A DNA stretch of 64,000 bases, taken from positions 70,990,001 through 71,054,000 of the forward strand of contig NC_043009.1 in assembly GCF_006345805.1 (NCBI RefSeq). The letters are read 5' to 3'. Every line of letters begins with the position of its first letter. The first letter of the stretch is position 1. The DNA comes from Octopus sinensis (taxonomy: Eukaryota). Under the pieces are notes generated by a model. That model had not been told where the DNA came from. It saw only the letters and a list, made by a program, of their open reading frames with translations, and ran no database searches. Made by a program: the position numbers and the translations under genes. Below, one piece after another: positions 54,818 to 64,000 of the stretch.

Positions 54818-54855
<38 letters not shown>

Positions 54856-55073
54856 GAGCTAAATAGCGGTGAGGTAATTCCCTTTACGTGACTGTCACGT
54901 TATGTTAACAGTATACAACCATTCTATCGCTCCACCACCCCTCATATCTCTCTGAGATATTTAGAAATTTAATATTTCTAATTTTGGTGATCAGTGAATA
55001 AATTTCACTGAAAAAAAATATATATATATTTACGAAGTCTAGACAGGTATCTTCAGCTAGCAGGCCTTGCTAC

Positions 55074-55119
55074 TCTAGACTGATGACGGGCAAGACCCAG
55101 AAACATGCGTGTCTCTAGA
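55074..55119 (+). ncRNA. Type I hammerhead ribozyme motif
   Basis: Stem I TCTAGA 55074-79/55114-19; core CTGATGA 55080-86; stem II GGG/CCC with loop CAAGA; GAAA 55100-03; stem III ACA/TGT with loop TGCG; GUC cleavage triplet 55111-13. Caveat: C55087 and A55099 mismatch at the base of stem II. Confidence 0.7.
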
Positions 55120-55559
55120 TACAGGCCTAGCTGTTGGGGGTGCTTTTCACCCCTTCGTAAATATATAATGACACAGGAAATGTGTCAAGGCCGACAGGAA
55201 GCATCGATGTTTCCTAGGGATAAATAGCGGTGGTGTAATTCCCTTTATGGGACTGTCACGTTAAGTTGACAGTATACAACCGCTATCTATATATATATAT
55301 ATATATATATGTATATTTAACTTACCTGGAAGCGGATGTATTTAATTTGCTTTGCAGAAGCAACTGTTTTGTTGAAAGCGTATATTGTTGTTAAATGCTC
55401 GAAATACGAGAGTAGAAAAACAGCCAACAAATGATGAAGGGTCGTTTTTGATGTTTGTCTTGTATTCCATTTGTGTCTTTCGTTGTTCGAAAGAATAGTT
55501 CATGTTCCATGTACTCGTGCTTCGTATTTTTTGTTGTTTCGTGACGTCCTGTGCCCATC

Positions 55560-55609
<50 letters not shown>

Positions 55610-55637
55610 CATACATACATATATATATATACATATA

Positions 55638-55685
<48 letters not shown>

Positions 55686-55745
55686 ATATATAGTCTAGAT
55701 GTACTATGTACATATACGTATGTATATATGCATATATATATAATC

Positions 55746-55800
<55 letters not shown>

Positions 55801-56064
55801 ACACATATATATGTAAGTACATATTTCTACATATATGTATGTATGTGTATGTATGTATATACATACGTATATAAGTATATATATATATATACATACATGT
55901 ATATACATATGTATATATATATACATATATGTATGTATGCATGCATGTATGTATGTATGTATGTGTGTATAAACTTGTGCGCGTGCATCTTAGATATTTA
56001 CACTTGTAGTTATATATTTTATTCCCACTTTAATTTAAGTGATTATCATCTTATATATATAGTT

Positions 56065-56186
<122 letters not shown>

Positions 56187-57504
56187 ACACAGATAGACAC
56201 ACACATACCCAAGCATGTTATACATACATACTCAACACAAAACTCACATGTTTACAAACACTGGGAACTCTCTTGGCTCAAAAATCTTGTCGCTTCGTTA
56301 GCGACCAGCTTGAACTCTCCCGAAAACTCCAATTAAACTCAAACATAAATTCTACTAACCTTTAATTACCTTATGCACATTACAATATTTTCCCCTCACT
56401 TCTTTCGAGTTTTGAGCGCTCTACACTTCTTTCGTTAAAAAATATCGAAATGCATAACTTTGTGGCAGCCATAAAGCCACGCATTAACTATTTCTGTTTA
56501 CCTTCGTCTCCGGTATATGTTTATACATTTGTGTTCGTGTCTCGTTGATTTTTACATGAACAACTTTTTTTCAAATAAATCTGTTGAATTTCTTCTTTAG
56601 CATTCAGACAATGATATGAAAAGTTCTTGTGGAACATTACTATAGAATTTGTCCTGATACACATGTAGGTAATCGAAACATCGATTTGATGTCACAGATC
56701 CAAGCGAAGTCTATTTCGCGATAAAGAATTTCAACAGAAGTATTGACTACATTTCGACTGATGTCCAACATATTTCAAGTACACAAATTACGAAAGTCGC
56801 TTCTAAATGATGATTCGTTCATTAGAAATATTCTTTCTTGTTTCCATAACTCTATATAAGAAATGATTTTTCAATGTCATCAACGATTTCATGAGCTACG
56901 TTTTGAAATATCTTTAACAGGATCAATATCTATATCGATTGCATTGCATATCACGCATAGGTTTTCTAAAGCTGCACATACTTATTCATTCACGACAGGA
57001 GTTATGAATGTTTGAGCTAAGAAAAATTTTCTCACAACAGAGAAACGGAAGCAATTCTTGGAAATTCATATATACTGAATCCATAGAAAGTAAAGTATTA
57101 TTTTCCCCCGACACACCTTATCATTCCCCAATTTACGTACGTACACTTCCTTAGAAATCTTCACGATAAAGACGAAAAGTCATCATGTTTTCTTAACTGT
57201 TATGAATACAAATTTCCACTTCCTTTTCATATTTATGATGCGAATCCCATATTCCACTGGATGTTAAGGAGAGCAATGAGCAACTCACTTTAGTTTTCGA
57301 AACAATTTCCTTTATGAATATCGGAAAAGAAGTTTAGAAAGCTATTGATGGCATTCACAAAGGAAAGGCAATATTTAAGCAGTAAATGAATGTGACTTTC
57401 ACAAACTAACAGTAAGACAAGTTCAGCAATATATGACATCGTAGACTAACATGGCAGCCAACGATCTCTTTCTCTCTCTCTCTCTCTCTCTCTCACTCAC
57501 TCAC

Positions 57505-57554
<50 letters not shown>

Positions 57555-58069
57555 GGTGTGGACTAGGGATATATATATATATGTGTGTGTGTGTGTACTC
57601 CCACACGCACATGCAAATGCCTACATACATAGAATACTATTTATGTATACACGCAGAAATATATGCATTATGTATATGTATGTATATATACATACACACA
57701 CACACACACACACGTCTATACAGATATCCCGGAAGTAAATGAACAGCATCATTTTTGTGAGATTTTTCTCCCAACAAAATAAAGTCATTTGATGTATTTA
57801 TGTCCTTCAGCTTGGATTTAGCAGACATGACTTTTGCAGTTTTTAATGCCTGAACCCTTTTGCGCATCGAACTGGCGAGCAGGGTCCAATTAAACAAAAT
57901 GATATACTGGGATGTCTGTTTACTCTTGAGATGTTTGTGTGTATGGGTGGATGTGTGTGTGTGAGTATACGTCACAGGCACATGTGTATGTTGATGTACA
58001 TACACATACACACATACACGCATTAGTGTGCGTGGGTTGGCTTATTTGCGTCATCACGTTTCTCTGTGC

Positions 58070-58220
58070 TACTCCACCTATGCTGATTCTGGAATTTGAT
58101 ATAACGAACCTCACCGGAAGGAGATCCAGGGTTTGGTCAAAAAGGCAAGAACAGGTTCACCTTCAAAACGTAGTAAAAACAAACTTCCTGGTTTAGAACT
58201 GCGTGAGGTGTACAACAGCA
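58070..58220 (+). mobile_element. Possible R2/Hero-type LINE fragment
   Basis: EFDI...EPHRKEIQGLVKKARTGSPS resembles the pre-RT EP.WKEI..VVKKAR..SAPGP motif; very short. Confidence 0.35.
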
Positions 58221-59029
58221 AACCTCATGCGTTCTTCTTCATTTCTTGTGACAGGCTCAAGTTCTAAATCCGAGGCCGAACGCCAATTAAATTCAGTGAA
58301 TTAATCACGGAGTATATTAGAAAGAGCATAAAGAATGAGGATGCCTTAAAACCGACTTATCTAGCGTACTAATCTTTCAGTTAGTCTGACACGACACAAG
58401 TATAGCACATTACAATATACATATTTAATTGATCCTTTATTTGGTCGACTAAAATGTCATAGGAAGGCAGGAATTGTGCCATCCTACCTCTCCAAATCTA
58501 TAATGCTTCAACTAAATTTAGTATACATTGTAATCATGTATAATGTTTTATGGCAGTAAACTCGAGCTGTTTGACTCCTTTCTTGACTAGTGTTCGTGTC
58601 ATATGGTAGAGGGGACATACTTATCAAACTTATTTTAGGTTAAAGCTAGTTAGTTGTAGTATGTTTCCCTTCAAGATAAAATTATTTTAATCTATGATAC
58701 TGTAAAATACAACCTAGCAAATATAGGAAGGTACAATGAATTAATTAGAACTATAAAATTAAATCAGAATCAGTTAAGAAAAACAGTAAGAAGAATATTC
58801 TTTTACCCCTAGAAGAAATTAAATTAAGTAAAGTTACATTGCATAAAATCAGTTCTACTGTCGGTCTGTTTGCAGCTGATACTGTATATTACATTTGCTC
58901 TTCCCTATGAAGAGGTAGACACCCTTGAAGGACAACTAAGTAAATAAAATTAACATATTTATATAATTAGGGTGCACTAATCAATAGTTTGTTTATTCGG
59001 GAGAGCTTGGAAGATTCTTCTAAATAAAT

Positions 59030-59410
59030 GAGATCAGTGTAACATTAATCTGTTCCACTATTTTATGAGGTGAGAGTTGCATCTAAGTAACTGGAGTGTT
59101 TCCTCGAGTTATAAATTACACCTAACATTACCGCCATTATTTGCTAAGGCTCTGCCTATTATACACCATTCAATATGGTATTTAATATCCTCTTTGAGGC
59201 TTCAAATAAACTTACTTAATAAAGTAACGCTTTCTTTCATTTCTGTATTGAAATGAAGACTTATGATTCTATAATTACGATTACAATTTTTTTGCGCAAA
59301 CTCCTTTATAAAAAAGATTTCACTGGATTTTCCAAAACATTTATAACTTGTATTTTTTCATAGGCATTGGTTATTCAAGGGACAGTCTAGGCGGTTTCGA
59401 CTACTACATA
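59030..59410 (-). mobile_element. Penelope-like element, GIY-YIG endonuclease region remnant
   Basis: Minus strand: KLCSSRNRLDCPLNNQCL ... TLLSKFI*SLKEDIKYHIEWCIIGRA ... RCNL*LEETL. These match PLE motifs CNCR...CPL.G.CL, LSKYIW.LK...Y.I.W.I and CNLCL.EK. Confidence 0.75.
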
Positions 59411-60658
59411 ATTTGCTAAATCTGTCATAAAATAAGTTCCCATTCGATAAGTTCACATTCCTTCTGTTACTTATTTGAGATGTTGAGCACGGACCATTCC
59501 CCATGTCATGACACCATACGTTTGTCATACAGATACTTTCCTTAAATGAATTACATATCCTTGATTCCATTTCTTTCTGCCTGTTTGCTTTGTTGTTCTT
59601 TCTTTTCTTGAATTCTCCTGTTGTTTGAGTAACTTTTGGCACATCTCTACCTGCTGATAGAATTGTTTCTCACTCTGCACAGCATAAATTTTCAAACAAA
59701 ACATCGCAGATTCAAAACCTCTGTAATACACAGTCTGACTAATTGCTTCAACCTACCAACCTCAATATTCGTGGGAGCTGAGTTCAAATCGCGCAAATTT
59801 ATAAAGGTCATTGAAAAATTCCATTCCTCTAATATATCTTAATATTTAATTAAATGTGATCTATTTAAACGGGTGGAGAAAATGACTTTTGAGAATGGGT
59901 TGACCTGATAGCTATTCTAAGACGAGAAGAGGGAAGTTACTTTCAAACCGAAGACCTGGCCCAAATACCAAAGCGTGATGGACCCTACTAAAAGCACTAA
60001 GGATCCAGGTTGTGATGTTTATCCTGGCGACTATTTACGTCTATCACCCAAACTTTTGAGCGTTTAATTTGGCGGCTTCCTACACAACTTCTTTCAACCC
60101 ATTTTAGCTTCTGAGGATTGTGTGACCCCGAGAATCTAAAGAGACAGCTGCTCAAAGTGCTACTTATTGGAATTGTTACAGTAACCACGTAGAAACTTTT
60201 TAAGCAGAGAATTATGCCTGTGTCTATTTGATATTTCAGCTTAGTAATGTTCTACCGTCTCCAAGCTATGCTGTAAGAAATTGAAATCTTTATTAATCAG
60301 AAATTAATCTCAAACTTTTGTAATTAAAAGATATTTCTTTAGTCAGCAGGAGAAACATTTGTTAATTACAATAGTAATGAGATTTTTTAAATCATAGATT
60401 AAGCTTTGGTTCCTCAATTTTAAGTATTTCTGCTACAAAAATGTTTTAAAAAGCGGAATCTCTTGAAGAATATCTGACCTTCAGGAAAGTACTTCGATAT
60501 TTTCGATCATTTATTATTTATGAGTACAAGTAAATTACGGGGGGGATGTCAATTTAATTTATTTGGATTAGAGAGATTATCCATATGGTGTATGACTGGT
60601 CGTGCGATTGAATCAGATTGTTTATTGTTTACCGTACAAGATATCCAATGGCAGTTAG

Positions 60659-60740
<82 letters not shown>

Positions 60741-60757
60741 CATACACATGCATATAA

Positions 60758-61018
60758 TAGGCGCCGGCATGGCTGTGTGGTAAGTAGCTTACTTACTAGC
60801 CACATGGTCCCGGGTTCAGTTCCACTGTGTAGCACTCTGGGCAAGTATCTTCTACTATAGCCTCGAGCTGACCAAAGCCTTGTGAGTAAATTTGGTAGAC
60901 GGAAACTGAAAGAATCCCGTTGTATATATACATGTATATATGTATGTTTGTGTGTCTGTGTTTGTCCCCTTTCATCACTTGACAACCAATGTTGGTGTGT
61001 TTATGTCCCTGTAACTTA
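60758..61018 (+). mobile_element. CORE-type tRNA SINE, family B, 3' truncated
   Basis: GGCTGTGTGGTAAGTAGCTT...CCGGGTTCAGTTCCACTG...CTGGGCAAGTATCTTCTACTATAGCC...GGTAGACGGAAACTGAAAG. Confidence 0.9.
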
Positions 61019-62096
61019 ATTTAAAAGTATGACAAATGAAAGCACGAGCATAGTTGTGGGTTTCAGAAGGACACATGAAAGCCACATGTTTCCTGGTCCG
61101 ATTGCGCCTCACCCCAGGCAATTGTCTTCTGTCATTGCCTCAGCTTCACTAATATCTTTTGAACGGGATTTCGTTGATGAATGTCTTGCAGAAGGCGGAC
61201 ATATGTATGCCATTATTCAGTTTTACTTCAAGATTTCTTACCAATAGAGAAAGAGCTGGTTTCTAACCTAGATCCAAGGCTCTTCCTCGGAATTTCAACA
61301 GCATCAACAGGATATTTTTGTATGTATATATGTATGTATGTATGCATGTATATTTGTTGATTTATATGTTTTGTTTTATGTATATATCTCACGCATATAC
61401 TTGCATATCTAGACATGCACGTATAAACTTAAATAATAAACTGCTGGAAAGTTTTACAGATTTTTACAGTTCCAGTGATTGCTTGGACCGGCAGTTTTTG
61501 AATCAGCTTTCTCCTTTCCAGTTTTGAGAAGCCTAATTTCTCAAGATTGTTATTTAGGCAGTGCGTTACATATCCCCAATAATTATGGATATATCCGAAC
61601 TAGCAATCTGGATAGAATAGCTGTAGATTCCTCAATGGTTAAGTGTAGGTATTTTCTTTTTCGCTGATCTTTGGATTTATTTTAATATCCGCTGAGCAGT
61701 TAACATATGTACGTATGTATGCGTATGTGTGTGTGCATGTATGTTTGTATGTGTGTGTGTATGTGTGTGCATGTGTATGTTTGAGTGTGTTCATATGTGT
61801 GTTTGTATGTTGTATGTGTGTGGGGGTGCGTTTTTGTTAGCGAAGGATGTAAATATCGGCCTAAAGGAACAAAATACCGAAATGGATTCCGATATTTGCT
61901 TCAGGCATTTCTGTTTCAGTATCGTCGTCAGAAGCGCAATGAAGTAATGCTTAACGTTCGAAGCCTGTCCCTAATCATGTTATTGTTGAAATATTGTGAT
62001 TTAAAATATATAAGAAAACTTTAACTAATTTTGTGGCCATACTCACTATGCAAGATAGATAGATAGATAGATAGATATACATACACATACATATAA

Positions 62097-62512
62097 TAGA
62101 CTCCGGCATGGTTGTGTGGTAAGTAGCTTGCTTAACAACCACATGGTTCCGGGTTCAGTCCCACTGTGTAGCACTTTGGGTTAGTGTCTTCTACTATTGC
62201 CTTGGGCTGACCAAAGCCTTGTGAGTGCATTTGGTAGACGGAAACTGAAAGAAGCCCGTCGTATATATATGTGTGTGTGTGTGTTTGCGTGTGTGTGTGT
62301 CTGTGTGTATACGTTTGTGTATTTGTGTTTGTCCCCCATCATCACTTGACAACCGATGTTGGTGTGTATATGTCCCTGTAACTTAACGGTTCGGGAAAAG
62401 AGACCGATAGGATAAGAACTAGGCTTACAAAGAATAAGTCATTGGGTCGATTTGTTCGACTAAATGTGGTGCTCTAGCATGGCCGCAGTCAAATTACTGA
62501 AATAAATAAAAG
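62097..62512 (+). mobile_element. CORE-type tRNA SINE, family B, full length
   Basis: Head, CORE-like block, internal (TG)n and 3' region ending CATGGCCGCAGTCAAATTACTGAAATAAATAAAAGGA. Confidence 0.92.
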
Positions 62513-62517
62513 GATAT

Positions 62518-63008
62518 AATTGAAGAAATTGGCATCAACAAGAAGGAGTTATTTTTCAATTGCTACAATTGTTCCGACGCAACATAATTCTCCAGGTATA
62601 ACAGGTATTTGATTCTGCAATTGTTTGTTTGCATAATGAGATGTAGTTGTGTTTCCTCATGTGATCTGCGAGTGTGGTTAGCCTTAGTTTAAGATCGTCG
62701 ACTTCGTCCGTCGTGGTTTGCAGTCCACCAAACTCACTCTGGCATCACGCACCATCAGTCGATCAGCTACTACTAAATCCAAACCTCGACGAACGAAGAG
62801 GATGGCCTGAAGTCGACGATTTTAAACTAACGGAGATAACACTCTCATATCACCTGAGGAAACACAACTAGATCTCATTATCAAAATAAACAATTGCATA
62901 ATCAAATACCTGTATACTTCGAGAACTTCGTTCCGTCGAAACAATTGTAGCGATTAAAAAGTAAATGTCCAACCGCACTCCTTCTTCCTGATTTCAATTT
63001 CTTCAATT
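62518..63008. mobile_element. ~490-bp fold-back element (long imperfect inverted repeat, ~59-nt loop)
   Basis: 62518-62720 pairs with 62780-63008, e.g. CAGGTATTTGATTCTGCAATTG / CAATTGCATAATCAAATACCTG and ATCGTCGACTTC / GAAGTCGACGAT, with two ~14-nt indels. Confidence 0.88.
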
Positions 63009-63138
63009 TTACATTCACACACGATGAATGCCCAAACTTAATCTTGGAAGTATATAAGACTACCTGATAGTATGGGTAATTTTGAAAGTGGACGAACTTT
63101 ATACTGTACTCTACCACGTTCCTAACGGAATATACCAT

Positions 63139-63208
<70 letters not shown>

Positions 63209-64000
63209 TTGAGAGGCAGGTGTTCTGTATATAGAATACATTTTGAAGTGCTCAAAAGATTTGAACTTGAGCCGGTTGATGAGTAAATGTAACGAGAAGC
63301 AAGTTAGGCAATTCGATTTACACAGAACATGGATATGGATATCAAGTATGGATATCAAGTAGTCTGACTTACAGAACATAAATGATATCAGGAGTTAAAT
63401 GGGCTGAGTTTTACAAGACCAACAGCTGTTTCTGGGGGCTTGGTGTTCCGGAATGATGATAGCTACTTGGATCTGTTAACACCGCCTCCGTGTTCGGGGG
63501 AGAATTTTACATTTGAGGAGTTGACAAGAAAGAGAGAGAGAGAGAGAGAAAGACACATACTCACGAATGTATGCATGTGTATATTGTGAGTGTATGAGTA
63601 TATGTATTTATGTATGTTTGTGCATGTGTGTGTGTGTTTTAACACGCCATTTACATTATCAAGTCTTCATTTGAAATGTCTTCCGTTACCCTCAACACTA
63701 TTATCGTTACTAACATCACCAGGCAACATCAGTGATATCCAGTCATCTATTTCAGAAGACGTGTGGCACGGGTGAACAATAGAAACTCATAAACCTTTGT
63801 ATCAAATGAGCACAGCTCATTACTTACGCAAAACGTTCACGAAATAGTAACTATAACAGTGATGGAAACGACAAGAGCTGGGAGTGCTGCAAGAGTAGCT
63901 GAATAGCTATTCATTTGACACACATCCACTTAAGACAGACAGTAGATTGGTAGCGGATACATTAAGAGAATGTTCTTCGATAGTTCTTGGCATCCATTAA

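Larger units (their letters stand above)
54631..55287. mobile_element. Non-autonomous Penelope-associated/retrozyme-like element: inverted A, B, spacer, A, B
   Basis: 54631-54820 is the reverse complement of 55030-55219 (12 substitutions, no indels, about 94%). 54860-54920 is directly repeated at 55221-55281 (6 differences in 61 bp; period 361 nt). Contains hammerhead motifs; the A copies abut (TA)n runs. Confidence 0.8.

Noticed and set aside
54794-54820. Opposite-polarity hammerhead from CTGAAGA in arm A
   Set aside because: Followed by GTAA rather than GAAA, with no stem II or III.
60758-60840. tRNA genes at SINE heads (also 11886, 26605, 49418, 62097)
   Set aside because: A- and B-box-like motifs are present, but no complete cloverleaf, and each continues into a SINE body.

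Overview
AT-rich, microsatellite-dense eukaryotic DNA. The SINE families and repeat landscape point to an octopus or other cephalopod genome (inference from recalled family features; no search was run). I cannot support any intact host gene, rRNA, tRNA or CRISPR array. Almost all long ORFs in the track are translations of (TA)n, (CATA)n, (TG)n, (GA)n or trinucleotide repeats. The window is an intergenic or intronic transposon graveyard. It holds decayed LINEs (CR1/L2/Jockey-group, R4/Dong, Tx1, several RTE), a Penelope-like GIY-YIG remnant, a hAT transposase pseudogene with one terminus, a mariner deletion derivative and many tRNA-derived SINEs. The most interesting signal is at 54631-55287: a non-coding element with a 361-nt direct-repeat period and an inverted ~190-bp 5' copy. 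It carries a type I hammerhead ribozyme motif and many hairpins, making it a candidate Penelope-associated retrozyme. Other unexplained structures are a perfect spacerless 182-bp palindrome (32472-32653) and two further fold-back elements (17810-18254, 62518-63008). Coordinates of degraded elements are approximate.
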